63,494 nucleotides of DNA, from NCBI GenBank assembly GCA_021203765.1, contig JAJQAN010000022.1, positions 1-63,494 on the forward strand, in the 5' to 3' direction. Under the pieces are notes generated by a model. The model did not search any database, was not told the DNA's origin, and was given only the letters and a program-made list of their open reading frames with translations. A program made the position numbers and the translations under genes. Positions 35,187 to 44,981 of the stretch are shown piece after piece. Within the stretch, counting starts at the first letter, position 1; each line of letters starts with the position of its first letter. Source of the DNA: Coriobacteriaceae bacterium (GTDB taxonomy: Bacteria; Actinomycetota; Coriobacteriia; Coriobacteriales; QAMH01).

Positions 35187-35624
35187 CTAGTATTCCTCTT
35201 CCTCCTCGCCTTCGTGGATGTCCGACTTGGGCTTTTCCAGCCCCTCGATGGTGATGTCGTTTTCGGTTGCGTAGTCCCACAAAGCAGCGTGGATGGCTTC
35301 CTCGGCTAAAAGTGAGCAGTGGACCTTGATCGGAGGCAGACCGTCGAGTGCCTCCATCACCGCTTTGTTGGTGACCTCCAAGGCCTCTTGGATGTTCTTG
35401 CCTTTGACGAGCTCGGTCGCCATGCTGCTCGTCGCAACCGCCGCGCCGCATCCGAAGGTTTTGAATTTGACGTCGCGGATGATTTGGTCGTCGTCGATGT
35501 CGAGATAGATGCGCATGATGTCGCCGCATTGGGCGTTGCCGACGGTGCCGACACCGCTTGCGTTTTCTATCTCCCCGACGTTGCGGGGATTGGTGAAGTG
35601 GTCCATCACCTTGTCCGAATACAT
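35187..35624 (-). CDS. nifU: Fe-S cluster assembly scaffold NifU/IscU-like
   Basis: GNAQCGDIMRIYL, KTFGCGAAVATSS and IKVHCSLLAEEA. Confidence 0.92.
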   Translation of the reverse strand: MYSDKVMDHFTNPRNVGEIENASGVGTVGNAQCGDIMRIYLDIDDDQIIRDVKFKTFGCGAAVATSSMATELVKGKNIQEALEVTNKAVMEALDGLPPIKVHCSLLAEEAIHAALWDYATENDITIEGLEKPKSDIHEGEEEEEY

Positions 35625-35626
35625 GC

Positions 35627-36829
35627 TTATACCTCCTGTTTCGCTTCTTGTTTGAGGAAGTCCTCGTAGAGCGGGGACATCGAGCGCAGGTACGGGATGA
35701 TTTCCTTGAGCGAATCCACGACGTAGTCGGCGTCTTCCATCGTCGTCTCCTCGCTCAGCGTGAGCCGCAATGAGCCGTGGGCGATCTCGTGGGGAAGTCC
35801 GATGGCGAGCAGGACATGCGAGGGATCCAGCGATCCGGATGTGCAGGCCGAGCCGCTCGACGCGCAGATGCCTTTGCCGTCGAGCATGATGAGCATCGAT
35901 TCGCCTTCTATAAACTGGAAACTGATATTGACGTTGTTGGGAAGCCGGTCGCTGCGGTGTCCGTTGAGGCGGCAGTGGTCGATTTCGTTGAGGATCCGAT
36001 CGATGAGGTGGTCACGCAGTGCGCGCTCATGTGCGGCCGCCTCCTCCATCGTATCCAGGGCCCGCTGCGTCGCAACGCCCATCCCGATGATGCCGGGAAC
36101 GTTCTCCGTTCCGGCGCGGCGTTTGCGTTCCTGGGCGCCGCCGTGTATGAACGCCTTGGTCTTCAGTCCCTTGCGGATGTACAGAAATCCGATGCCCTTC
36201 GGCCCGTTGAACTTGTGGCCGCTGGCGCTCAACATATCGATGTGGCAGGCATCGACGTCGATGGGCACCTTGCCGAAGGCCTGCACCGCATCGGTGTGGA
36301 AGAGGATGCCGTGTTCATGGGCGATGGCGCCGATCTCCTCGACCGGCTCGATGGTGCCGATCTCGTTGTTGGCATACATGATCGAGATGAGGATGGTGTC
36401 GGGGCGGATTGCCGCTTCGAGTTCGGCGGGGTCGATTTTGCCGTCCGCGTCGACGTCGAGATAGGTGACCTCGAAGCCCTGTTTTTCGAGGTATTGGGCG
36501 GTGTGCAGGACGGCGTGATGCTCGATCTTGCTGGTGATGATGTGCTTGCCCTTGTCGCGATATGCCTCGGCAGTCGCCTTGAGTGCCCAGTTGTCCGACT
36601 CGGTGCCGCCGGCGGTGAAGTAGATTTCGGTGGGCTTCGCACCGAGTGCGGCAGCGATCCTCTCACGCTGTTCGTCGATGGCGATTTTGTTTTTGCCGGC
36701 GAAATCGTAGATGCTGGACGGGTTGCCGTAGTTTTCACTGAAATACGGCAGCATCGCTTCGACGACCTCTGGTGCCGTCCTGGTCGTGGCCGCATTGTCC
36801 AGATAGATCAGTTCATGCGCCTCTCCCAT
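35627..36829 (-). CDS. nifS: Cysteine desulfurase NifS
   Basis: IYLDNAATT, SASGHKFNGPKGIG and SSGSACTSG. Confidence 0.93.
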   Translation of the reverse strand: MGEAHELIYLDNAATTRTAPEVVEAMLPYFSENYGNPSSIYDFAGKNKIAIDEQRERIAAALGAKPTEIYFTAGGTESDNWALKATAEAYRDKGKHIITSKIEHHAVLHTAQYLEKQGFEVTYLDVDADGKIDPAELEAAIRPDTILISIMYANNEIGTIEPVEEIGAIAHEHGILFHTDAVQAFGKVPIDVDACHIDMLSASGHKFNGPKGIGFLYIRKGLKTKAFIHGGAQERKRRAGTENVPGIIGMGVATQRALDTMEEAAAHERALRDHLIDRILNEIDHCRLNGHRSDRLPNNVNISFQFIEGESMLIMLDGKGICASSGSACTSGSLDPSHVLLAIGLPHEIAHGSLRLTLSEETTMEDADYVVDSLKEIIPYLRSMSPLYEDFLKQEAKQEV

Positions 36830-36872
36830 AATCCTACCTCCTTAGTAGTTTATGGAGTATACTAGCACATAA

Positions 36873-36891
36873 ACCTTCTAACTTAGTAGGT
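36873..36891. promoter_or_regulatory. 19-bp palindrome ACCTTCTAA-C-TTAGTAGGT in the nifS / MOSC divergent region (candidate Rrf2 operator, site C)
   Basis: Near-identical to site A. An additional inverted half-site (minus strand ATAAACTACTAAGG, 36843-36856) abuts the nifS RBS AAGGAGG. Confidence 0.55.
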
Positions 36892-36953
36892 AATTATTTA
36901 CGGAAGGATGACAACCTGTCGGGAAAGCGTAGAGAGCGTGTTGGGAGGACGAG

Positions 36954-37400
36954 ATGGGAACGGTCGTCGGAATCTGTATCAGCGAGGAAAAGGGCACGGC
37001 GAAGCGCGAGGTGCAGGAAGCGGAAATTCTCGAGGACTGGGGCATCAAAGGCGACGCGCATGCAGGTAAGTGGCATCGCCAGGTAAGCCTGCTGCCCCAC
37101 GAGAGCGTCGAGGCGTTCAAGGCACGGGGTGCCGATGTTTCCTTAGGCTCGTTCGGGGAGAATCTGGTCGTGTCCGGCTACGACTTGAAAACCCTGCCGC
37201 TTGGAACACGCTTTTTGATCGACGACGTCGTCTTGGAGCTGACCCAGGTCGGCAAACAATGCCACAGCCACTGCGCGATCTATGAGCAGATGGGGGATTG
37301 CATCATGCCGCGGGAAGGGGTCTTCACCCGGGTCATCCGTGGTGGGACGGTCGAGAAGGGTGCCACGGTTGAGACGGTGGCACCGCAGGAGGAATCATAA
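36954..37400 (+). CDS. MOSC domain-containing protein
   Basis: 148 aa with GIKGDAHAGKWHRQVSLL, GENLVVSG and CHSHCAIY. Confidence 0.8.
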   Translation: MGTVVGICISEEKGTAKREVQEAEILEDWGIKGDAHAGKWHRQVSLLPHESVEAFKARGADVSLGSFGENLVVSGYDLKTLPLGTRFLIDDVVLELTQVGKQCHSHCAIYEQMGDCIMPREGVFTRVIRGGTVEKGATVETVAPQEES

Positions 37401-37404
37401 GGCT

Positions 37405-37442
37405 ACAAAAAACGCCGCCGCCCCGATGATGGGACGACGGCG
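37405..37442 (-). terminator. GC-rich imperfect hairpin with a U-tract on the minus strand (terminator of the SDR gene; convergent gap)
   Basis: CGCCGCCGCCCC-gatgat-GGGACGACGGCG forms 10 of 12 pairs. It is preceded on the plus strand by ACAAAAAA, which is a U-run after the stem for minus-strand transcripts. Confidence 0.45.
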
Positions 37443-37478
37443 CCACGAAACGTCGTTCGGGCCAGGCAAGCAGCCGGG

Positions 37479-38279
37479 TTACGGACGCTGCCCCATGCCA
37501 CCTTCCAAGGTGAGTGTCTCGCCGGACATGTACTTGAAGTCCTCGGTCCCCAGCTGGACGCAGACGCGGCCGATTTCGAGCTCGGCGTCGCCGTAGTGTC
37601 CCATCGGAGGCATCGTGACGTTCGCCTCGTATGCTTCGGGATACTCTTCTTTGAACTTTTCGAGCGTCGCGGTCCAGGCGAGCGGGCAGACGATGTTGAC
37701 GTTGATGTCGTCGGGGCCCCATTCGGTGGCGGCGACACGCGTCAGGCCGCGGATGCCTTCCTTGGCAGCGGCATAGGCGCACTGGCCGGCGTTGCCGAAC
37801 AGCCCCGCGCCGGAGGCGAAGTTGATGACGGAGCCCTTGGTCTGTTTCAGGTACGGATAGCAGTCGCGCATATAGTAGTAGGCGGCGTACAGGCCGGAGT
37901 AGATGGCCAGATCGAAGCCCTTGCGATCCTGCTCGGCCAGCGAGATACCGGACGTCGAGGCCTGAGCGCAGTTGATGAGCACGTTGATGCCGCCAAAGGT
38001 ATCGGCAACCTCGTCGACGACCTCTTGGACCCGGGCCTCCGCCTCGGGTGAGGCATCGACATCGGCCTGCAGCGGCAGCACCTTGACGCCGTGCTCGCGT
38101 TCCAGCTCCTCCTTGGCGCCGTTGAGCTTTTCCATATTGCGCCCGGTGATGGCGATGTTGGCGCCTTCCTTGGCATAGGCGGTGGCGATGCCGTAGCCGA
38201 TGGAACCACAACGTCCATCGGAAAGCGTGCTCCGTCCACCTCCGGTCAAAAGCAAGGTCTTGCCGTCGAATACTCCCAT
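37479..38279 (-). CDS. Short-chain dehydrogenase/reductase (SDR) family oxidoreductase
   Basis: 266 aa. Catalytic YAAAK and the NFAS segment are present. The glycine motif carries an insertion (TGGGRSTLSDGRCGSIGYGIA). Confidence 0.85.
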   Translation of the reverse strand: MGVFDGKTLLLTGGGRSTLSDGRCGSIGYGIATAYAKEGANIAITGRNMEKLNGAKEELEREHGVKVLPLQADVDASPEAEARVQEVVDEVADTFGGINVLINCAQASTSGISLAEQDRKGFDLAIYSGLYAAYYYMRDCYPYLKQTKGSVINFASGAGLFGNAGQCAYAAAKEGIRGLTRVAATEWGPDDINVNIVCPLAWTATLEKFKEEYPEAYEANVTMPPMGHYGDAELEIGRVCVQLGTEDFKYMSGETLTLEGGMGQRP

Positions 38280-38480
38280 GGGGTGCCTCCCTTGTCCTCT
38301 ATCGCAAAAAAACAGTGAGCACGATTGTATCGTGTCTGTGCGCGATTCCGGCTGCCTTTGCGGAAATAACGCGACTTATGTCATCTCGTCATCGGAGAGC
38401 GGACGCACGACCTGCCCGATATGCCCCGTTCCTTTCACGGCAGGTCGGTTGTGCTAGACTGTTCACAGAGTGATTGCGAA

Positions 38481-38533
38481 AGCGTCATGAAGGGGTCCAC
38501 CACCTCGGGTGGAAGTTCTTCATGGCGCTTTTT
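38481..38533 (+). terminator. Terminator-like hairpin plus TTTT in the thiS 5' leader (candidate attenuator / riboswitch expression platform)
   Basis: AGCGTCATGAAG...CTTCATGGCGCT forms a 12-bp lower stem (one G-U pair). The CCACC/GGTGG upper stem follows, then TTTTGTG. It lies 33 nt upstream of the thiS ATG, and no plus-strand gene lies upstream. Confidence 0.45.
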
Positions 38534-38565
38534 GTGTATGGGCGCAGATGCGAGGAGCTGGGCGG

Positions 38566-38763
38566 ATGCCGAAGGTCAACGGAACGGAACGGCCAGATTA
38601 TGCCGGCCTGAGCATCGCGCAGATGCTCGAGGAGATGGAGCTTGCAGCCGACCGGGTCGCCGTCGAGCGTAACGGTCAGATCGTGCCCCACGACGACTTT
38701 ACGGTGACGACGGTGGATGCCACCGATTGCATCGAGGTCGTGCGCTTCGTCGGAGGCGGCTAG
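38566..38763 (+). CDS. thiS: Sulfur carrier protein ThiS
   Basis: 65 aa ending in VRFVGGG. RBS GAGGAG. Confidence 0.85.
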   Translation: MPKVNGTERPDYAGLSIAQMLEEMELAADRVAVERNGQIVPHDDFTVTTVDATDCIEVVRFVGGG

Positions 38764-38764
38764 G

Positions 38765-39424
38765 ATGGCGCCGCAGTCGAAGATACCCCGCGAGCAGCTC
38801 CGCGCCGCCCGCATAGAGCGACAGGGGAAAGAGGCGACCGAGCGTTTCGAGCAGGCCCGCGTGGGGATTGCGGGGCTCGGCGGTCTGGGCTCCAACATCG
38901 CCGTCCAGCTTTCGCACCTCGGCGTCGGACAGCTCGTTCTGGTCGATTTCGACCGGGTGGACGCAAGCAACCTGGCACGCCAGCACTACCGTCTCGACGA
39001 CGTCGGACGCCTTAAGACCGAGGCGCTGGTCGAGCAGCTTCGCGAGATTGATCCGTGGTTGGACTATACGACCTGCGATGAGCGCATCGATGCGGATAAC
39101 GTCGCGGAGATCTTCGGGGGCTGCGACATCATCTGCGAGGCCTTCGACGATGCCGGACAGAAGGTGATGCTGGTGGAGGCCGTCCGCTCGAGACTTCCCG
39201 ATGCGGTGCTCGTCGGCGGCGTCGGCGTGGCCGGAACCAACAGCGCCAACCGCATCCACAGCCGCAGGCGCTTGGAAAACTACTACCTCTGTGGCGACGA
39301 GCAAGCGGATGTCGCCGACGGAGAGGTGCTGATGGCACCGCGTGTGGCCGCTGTCGCAGCACACCAGGCGAACATGGTGATGAGGATCCTTTTGGGAGAG
39401 ACCGAGGAGGAGGACGAGGCATGA
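38765..39424 (+). CDS. thiF: ThiS adenylyltransferase ThiF
   Basis: The nucleotide loop is [31 protein letters not shown]. The start is 1 nt after the thiS stop. Confidence 0.88.
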   Translation: MAPQSKIPREQLRAARIERQGKEATERFEQARVGIAGLGGLGSNIAVQLSHLGVGQLVLVDFDRVDASNLARQHYRLDDVGRLKTEALVEQLREIDPWLDYTTCDERIDADNVAEIFGGCDIICEAFDDAGQKVMLVEAVRSRLPDAVLVGGVGVAGTNSANRIHSRRRLENYYLCGDEQADVADGEVLMAPRVAAVAAHQANMVMRILLGETEEEDEA

Positions 39425-40227
39425 GTGAGACCGATACAGCGAAGGACGATGTCCTGCGGCTCGGCGGCCATGAGTTCACATCGCGCTTCATCTTGGGCTC
39501 GGGCAAGTACTCCCTCGAGCTGATACAGGCGGCTGTCGAGGAAGGCGGCGCGCAGATCGTCACCGTGGCACTGCGCCGTGCCAACGAAGGGGGTCGTGCC
39601 AACATCCTCGACTACATCCCCGACGGCATCACCGTGTTGCCGAACACCTCGGGTGCCCGCAACGCCGAGGAGGCGGTCCGTATCGCCCGTCTGGCGCGGG
39701 AGGTCGGCTGCGGAGACTTCGTCAAGGTCGAGATCATGCGCGATTCCAAATATCTGCTCCCCGACAACGCCGAAACCGTCAAGGCGACCGCGACGCTCGC
39801 CGATGAAGGATTCGTCGTCATGCCCTACATGTACCCCGACCTAAACATCGCCCGCGACCTGGTCGATGCCGGGGCCGCTTGCGTCATGCCGCTCGCCGCG
39901 CCGATCGGCACCAACAAGGGGCTGGCGACACGCGAGTTCATACAGATACTGGTCGACGAGATCGACCTGCCCATCATCGTTGACGCCGGCATCGGACGGC
40001 CGAGCCAGGCGGCCGAGGCCATGGAGTTGGGCGTGGATGCCGTCATGGCGAACACCGCCATCGCCTCCGCGGCAGACGTCGCGCTCATGGCACGCGCCTT
40101 CGGCGAAGGCATCCGAGCAGGGCGCGCCGCCTATCTGGCAGGACCGGGGCAGGTGCGTGATACGGCGAGCGCCTCCTCGCCGCTCACCGGCTTTCTCCGC
40201 GACGAGGGCGAAGGGGACCAGTCGTGA
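39421..40227 (+). CDS. thiG: Thiazole synthase ThiG
   Basis: [18 protein letters not shown] and [17 protein letters not shown] overlap with thiF. Confidence 0.93.
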   Translation: MSETDTAKDDVLRLGGHEFTSRFILGSGKYSLELIQAAVEEGGAQIVTVALRRANEGGRANILDYIPDGITVLPNTSGARNAEEAVRIARLAREVGCGDFVKVEIMRDSKYLLPDNAETVKATATLADEGFVVMPYMYPDLNIARDLVDAGAACVMPLAAPIGTNKGLATREFIQILVDEIDLPIIVDAGIGRPSQAAEAMELGVDAVMANTAIASAADVALMARAFGEGIRAGRAAYLAGPGQVRDTASASSPLTGFLRDEGEGDQS

Positions 40228-41384
40228 TAGACCGCAACACCGATCACATGGCCTATCAGCCCGGGATGGAGGAGGTCTCCTCCGATATCCTCGACGAGGT
40301 CTTGGAGCGGCGAGCCGCCTATCGTCCCGAGGACTACGATGCGCAAGATGTGGAGCGTGCCCTGGCCGCCGAGCGTCTGGATGTAGAGGACTTCGCCGCC
40401 CTGCTTTCGCCGTCCGCCGCGCCGTATCTCGAGCAGATGGCGCAGCGGGCACGTCAGATGACGCGGCGCTACTTCGGTAACAGTGTCCTGCTCTTCACGC
40501 CGCTCTACATCGCCAACCACTGCGAAAATCTCTGTGTCTACTGCGGCTACAATGCAAAAAACAAGATCAAGCGCGCCCGCCTGGACGGCCCCCAGATCGC
40601 CTCGGAGATGGAGGCGATCTCCGCCTCGGGTCTGCAGGAGATCTTGATTCTGACCGGTGAGAGCCGATCGATGTCGCCGGTCGACTACATCGCCGCTGCC
40701 TGCCGTGAGGCGCACGAACGCTTCCGCACGGTGGGCGTCGAGGTCTATCCGATGAACTCGGATGAATATGCCCAACTGCACGAAGCCGGCGCCGACTATG
40801 TGACAGTCTTCCAGGAGACCTACAACCCCGACACCTACGAGGTCCTGCATCTTGGTGGCCACAAGCGCATCTTCCCGTACCGCCTCGGTGCCCAGGAGCG
40901 GGCGCTCATGGGCGGCATGCGCGGCGTCGGCTTCGGCGCCCTGCTCGGGCTCGACGACTTCCGCAGCGATGCCTTTGCGACCGGCCTGCACGCGCGGCTG
41001 GTCCAACGGAAGTATCCGCAGGCCGAGATTGCGTTTTCCTGCCCGCGCCTGCGCCCGACCCCCGGGGATGTCGGCTTCACGTCACACCCCGTGAGCGAGG
41101 CGGAGCTGCTGCAGGTCATCTGCTCGTACCGCCTCTTCATGCCGTTCGCCTCCATCACCATCTCGACGCGCGAACGGGCGGGATTCCGCGACCATGCGAT
41201 CGGGATCGCGGCGACCAAGATATCGGCCGGCGTCTCGACCGCCATCGGCGAGCACGGCGAGCAGGAAAAGCAGGGCGACGAGCAGTTCGAGATCGCCGAC
41301 CCGCGCAGCGTCGACGAGGTCGTCGCGGCCATCGAAGGCCAGGGACTGCAGCCCGTCATGCACGACTACCTCTACGTGGGGTGA
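40224..41384 (+). CDS. thiH: 2-iminoacetate synthase ThiH (radical SAM tyrosine lyase)
   Basis: [10 protein letters not shown] radical-SAM motif. GTGA overlap with thiG. Confidence 0.9.
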   Translation: MIDRNTDHMAYQPGMEEVSSDILDEVLERRAAYRPEDYDAQDVERALAAERLDVEDFAALLSPSAAPYLEQMAQRARQMTRRYFGNSVLLFTPLYIANHCENLCVYCGYNAKNKIKRARLDGPQIASEMEAISASGLQEILILTGESRSMSPVDYIAAACREAHERFRTVGVEVYPMNSDEYAQLHEAGADYVTVFQETYNPDTYEVLHLGGHKRIFPYRLGAQERALMGGMRGVGFGALLGLDDFRSDAFATGLHARLVQRKYPQAEIAFSCPRLRPTPGDVGFTSHPVSEAELLQVICSYRLFMPFASITISTRERAGFRDHAIGIAATKISAGVSTAIGEHGEQEKQGDEQFEIADPRSVDEVVAAIEGQGLQPVMHDYLYVG

Positions 41385-41390
41385 GCTGCG

Positions 41391-42134
41391 ATGTGCCGGC
41401 ATGTCATCTGTGTGACCGACCGGGGCGTGGTGCCGACGACCGCTGGGGAGCCGACGACGGAGGCCCTGCTGCGGCAGATCGAGCGCGTCGCCGTCGGAGC
41501 TCCCCGCTGCATCGTCCTGCGCGAGAAGGACCTCGATGCCGAGGCGTACACGCAGCTGGCCACCTCGGCCGCAGAGATCTGCCGCACCCGCGACGTGGGA
41601 CTCGCCGTGCGCGGAGAAGCGTACACCGACCTCGCCGTTCGTCTCGGCTGCGCCCTGCACCTGTCCTTTGAGGAGGCCGTTCGTTGGTTCGGCTTCGAGG
41701 AGCAGGACGGGAAGTGTCCGTCTGCGATGAACGGTGTCGGCCTCCGTCCGCATCGCACGACGCCCGCCGTCAGCGTCTCGGTCCACAGCATCGAGGAAGC
41801 CCGGGCCCTCGAGCCCTACGACGTCGACTTCCTGCTGGCCGGGCACGTCTTCGAGACCGACTGCAAGCCGGGCGTTCCCGCGCGTGGCAGCGGATTCTTC
41901 GAAGACGTCGTCGGAAGCACGATGAAACCGGCCTTCGCCATCGGGGGCATCACGCCGCAGACCGCGAAGCACATCGCCGTCATCGCACGCGAGGACGAGC
42001 ATCGCGACGAGCGGGTCGTCGGCGTGGCCGCCAGGGGCAGCCTCATGCGCAGCGACGATCCCGCAGCCCTGATCCGCGACCTGGAAGCCTGCTTCGATGC
42101 CCTCAACTCGCATTCGGAAAGAAACACCGTATAA
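41391..42134 (+). CDS. thiE: Thiamine-phosphate synthase (ThiE/TenI family)
   Basis: VICVTDRG, IVLREKDL, VSVHSIEEA and AFAIGGITPQT. Confidence 0.8.
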   Translation: MCRHVICVTDRGVVPTTAGEPTTEALLRQIERVAVGAPRCIVLREKDLDAEAYTQLATSAAEICRTRDVGLAVRGEAYTDLAVRLGCALHLSFEEAVRWFGFEEQDGKCPSAMNGVGLRPHRTTPAVSVSVHSIEEARALEPYDVDFLLAGHVFETDCKPGVPARGSGFFEDVVGSTMKPAFAIGGITPQTAKHIAVIAREDEHRDERVVGVAARGSLMRSDDPAALIRDLEACFDALNSHSERNTV

Positions 42135-42208
42135 TAAGCCGAAGTTTTGCGGCCAGCCGCTGCAAGACGGATGAGTTCATCACAGCACGTGACAAGGGAG
42201 AACGAGCC

Positions 42209-43123
42209 ATGTTCAGCGATAATCTGGAACGCATCGTTTCCGGTATCTCCAAAAACTACGAGGCCGACGAGATCTTCTTCACCAAGCCCGACCGCAAGAT
42301 CCCGAGCCGTACGACCATCATCGAGATGCTCAAGCTGCTCCGGCGTCTCCTCTTTCCCGGTTACTTCGGTCCGGAGGTCCTCACCAGCGAGACCGGCCCC
42401 GACTACTTCATCGGCGACACCCTCATCGAGATCGAGCGCCTGCTGCGTGCACAGATCGTCCTGGCCCTGCATTTCCGCGACGGCGACGAGCTGACAGATG
42501 CGGAGATCGAGGAGCAGGCGGCACAGATCTGCACCTACTTCTTCGATGAGCTGCCCAAGGTGCAGGAGATGCTGCTCAAGGACGTCCAGGCCGCCTTTGA
42601 CGGCGACCCGGCCGCGCAGAGCAAAGAAGACGTCATCTTCTCCTATCCGGGCTTCTATACGATTTTCGTCTACCGCCTCGCACATCTGCTCTACGTGAAG
42701 GACGTCCCGCTCATCCCACGGATCATGACCGAATATGCCCATGGTGGCACCGGTATCGACATCAACGCCGGCGCGGAAATCGACGAGTATTTCTTCATGG
42801 ATCACGGAACCGGCATCGTCATCGGCGAGACGACGCAGATTGGCAAACACGTCAAGCTCTATCAGGGCGTCACGCTCGGTGCGCTGTCGACCCGCGGTGG
42901 CCAGGACCTGCGCGGGGTCAAGCGCCACCCGACCATCGAAGACGACGTCACCATCTATTCCAATGCGAGTGTCCTCGGCGGTGAGACGGTCATCGGCGCA
43001 GGATCGGTCATCGGCGGCAGCGTGTTCGTGATGGAGTCGGTCCCGAAGAACTCACGCGTCAGCCTGGCCGACCAGGAACTGACGATCCGCGTCAAGGACG
43101 AGAACAAGACCTGGGAGATCTAA
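42209..43123 (+). CDS. cysE: Serine O-acetyltransferase (long-form CysE/EpsC type)
   Basis: Start at MFSDNLERIV (RBS AAGGGAG). The hexapeptide repeats read GTGIVIGETTQIGKHVKLYQGVTLG...TIEDDVTIYSNASVLGG. Confidence 0.88.
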   Translation: MFSDNLERIVSGISKNYEADEIFFTKPDRKIPSRTTIIEMLKLLRRLLFPGYFGPEVLTSETGPDYFIGDTLIEIERLLRAQIVLALHFRDGDELTDAEIEEQAAQICTYFFDELPKVQEMLLKDVQAAFDGDPAAQSKEDVIFSYPGFYTIFVYRLAHLLYVKDVPLIPRIMTEYAHGGTGIDINAGAEIDEYFFMDHGTGIVIGETTQIGKHVKLYQGVTLGALSTRGGQDLRGVKRHPTIEDDVTIYSNASVLGGETVIGAGSVIGGSVFVMESVPKNSRVSLADQELTIRVKDENKTWEI

Positions 43124-43142
43124 ACCCCCATCGCCTCACGCG

Positions 43143-44846
43143 CTAATCCTTCAAGCGTTCCTCGATCGCGTCGTTGATGAGGCGCAGCGCTTTGACGCGT
43201 GCGTAGTACTTGTTGTCGCTTTCCAGGATGATCCACGGCGCGTACTCGGTCGAGGTGAGACGGAACATGTCCTCGATCGCGCTGCGATACTGCGGGAACT
43301 TGTCGCGGTTGCGCCAGTCGTCCGGCATGATCTTCCAGTTTTTTTCGGGGTTGTTTTCGCGCTCCTCGAAGCGGGCGAGCTGCTCTTCCGGGCTGACCTC
43401 CACCCAGAGCTTCAAAAGGATGGCGCCCCAGCGCTCCATATCGGCTTCGAACTCGTTGATCTCGTCGTAGGCACGTGACCACTGCTGTGGGCTCGCGAAG
43501 CCTTCGATGCGTTCGACGAGCACCCGTCCGTACCAGGTCCGATCGTAGATGCCGACATGCCCGGCCTTGGGCAGACGCGTCCAGTAACGCCACAGATGCG
43601 GATGGGCGAGTTCGGCCTTGCTCGGTGCCGGCGAGGGGAAGATCGTGTACGAGCGCGCATCGAGGGCCTTTGCTACCCGCTTGATGGCGCCGCCCTTGCC
43701 GGCGGCATCCCAGCCTTCGAAGCAGAGCATGATCGGGATGCGCTTGAGGAAGGCTTGGACCTGCAATTTTGCCAGGCGCTTCTGTTCCTGCTTGAGGCGC
43801 GTCTTGTATTCCTCACGCTCGAGGAAGAGGTGATGGTCGACCCCCTGCAGTGTCGGATAGTCCGGCACGATGTCAAAACGCGACTTCTCCGGTGCGTGGC
43901 TGTGCTGTTCCTCCGCTATCTGCGTGGCGGCACGGAGCAGCTCCTCGTTTTGCTCCGGCGTGCGTGTCCGCTCGTCCCCGATGTCTTCGGAGACGCCCTC
44001 CGTCGAATTCTTGAGCGCCGCCTGTTCCGCGGCCTCCTCCTCGGCGTTGCCCTGCGACGCGAGCGCTCCTTCGAGGGCCTCGACCAGGGTACGTGCGATG
44101 GTGAGGTTGCTGCGGCGTTTGTCCTCGCCGTTCAGGATGATCCACGGTGCGTCGGCGGAGTTGCTCTGGGAGAGGAAGTTGTCGTAGAGGTTGTAAATCA
44201 GATCGTAGTCGTCCAGATGTGCGAGCTCTTCCGGGCTGACCCGCCACGACGTCTTCTTGTTGCCGGCCAGGTTTTCGAGGCGTTCGCGCTGGGTCTCCTT
44301 GCGGATGTGGACGAAGAACTTGATGACGAGATAGCCGTCGGCGCTCAACTGCGATTCGAAGGATGTGATCGACTGCAGATGGGAATCGAAGTGGGTGGCG
44401 AGGTGCTCTTCGAGATGCTTGTGCTTGCCCTTGCCGCTTTCGGCATCCTGCAGGGCGAAGAGCAGGCGTTGCACGGACTTGGTGTACCAGCCGCGTTCGT
44501 AGAAGGAGAAGTCGCCCCGTTCCCCGAGTCCCTGCCAGAACTCCTGCATCATCGGGTAGAAATCGGTCGCGCCGAGATGTTCCTCGCGGAACATCCGGAC
44601 GTTGTCGGTTTCGTAGTTGCCGGTGACGTGCACATGGGTCGCACGGGCATCGAGCTCGTAGATCAGATCCGAGATGCGGCTCCCCTTGCCGGCTCCGTCC
44701 CAGCCTTCGAACAAGACGACGACGCCGATGCCGCGTTGCCGTGCATTCTGCTGCAGTACGACCAGACGGTCGATCAGTTCCTCATAGAGTTGCTTGTACT
44801 CTTGCTTGTCGAGGTCTGCCACCTCGAAATCGATCTTTTCCAGCAT
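43143..44846 (-). CDS. Two-domain polyphosphate kinase 2 (polyphosphate:AMP phosphotransferase-type)
   Basis: Two PPK2 P-loops, VVLFEGWDGAGKGSRI and LCFEGWDAAGKGGAI. ATG at 44846 with RBS GGAGGGGG. Confidence 0.88.
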   Translation of the reverse strand: MLEKIDFEVADLDKQEYKQLYEELIDRLVVLQQNARQRGIGVVVLFEGWDGAGKGSRISDLIYELDARATHVHVTGNYETDNVRMFREEHLGATDFYPMMQEFWQGLGERGDFSFYERGWYTKSVQRLLFALQDAESGKGKHKHLEEHLATHFDSHLQSITSFESQLSADGYLVIKFFVHIRKETQRERLENLAGNKKTSWRVSPEELAHLDDYDLIYNLYDNFLSQSNSADAPWIILNGEDKRRSNLTIARTLVEALEGALASQGNAEEEAAEQAALKNSTEGVSEDIGDERTRTPEQNEELLRAATQIAEEQHSHAPEKSRFDIVPDYPTLQGVDHHLFLEREEYKTRLKQEQKRLAKLQVQAFLKRIPIMLCFEGWDAAGKGGAIKRVAKALDARSYTIFPSPAPSKAELAHPHLWRYWTRLPKAGHVGIYDRTWYGRVLVERIEGFASPQQWSRAYDEINEFEADMERWGAILLKLWVEVSPEEQLARFEERENNPEKNWKIMPDDWRNRDKFPQYRSAIEDMFRLTSTEYAPWIILESDNKYYARVKALRLINDAIEERLKD

Positions 44847-44981
44847 CTGTATTCCCCCTCCAATGTTGCCGCATGGCCGCAGAGAACGCGACCTGCACAA
44901 ATGCCGTAGCTTCCATGATAGCGCTTGTAACGGCGCTCAAAGTAAAGTGCTGGTAAAAAGCACGGTCGCCTGTGGCATGCG

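Noticed and set aside
38280-38480. A canonical TPP riboswitch upstream of thiS. GGGGTGCC at 38280 and ACCTGCCCGATATGCC at 38409 caught the eye.
   Set aside because: GGGGTGCC overlaps the start codon region of the divergent SDR gene. The CUGAGA and ACCC elements and the P4/P5 pairings are missing. I report only the terminator-like hairpin and recommend an Rfam scan.
41684-42208. The long N-terminal extension of the cysE ORF (479-aa version).
   Set aside because: It overlaps thiE in a different frame with an Arg/Pro/Gly-rich translation. The serine acetyltransferase homology starts at MFSDNLERIV (42209), which has its own RBS.
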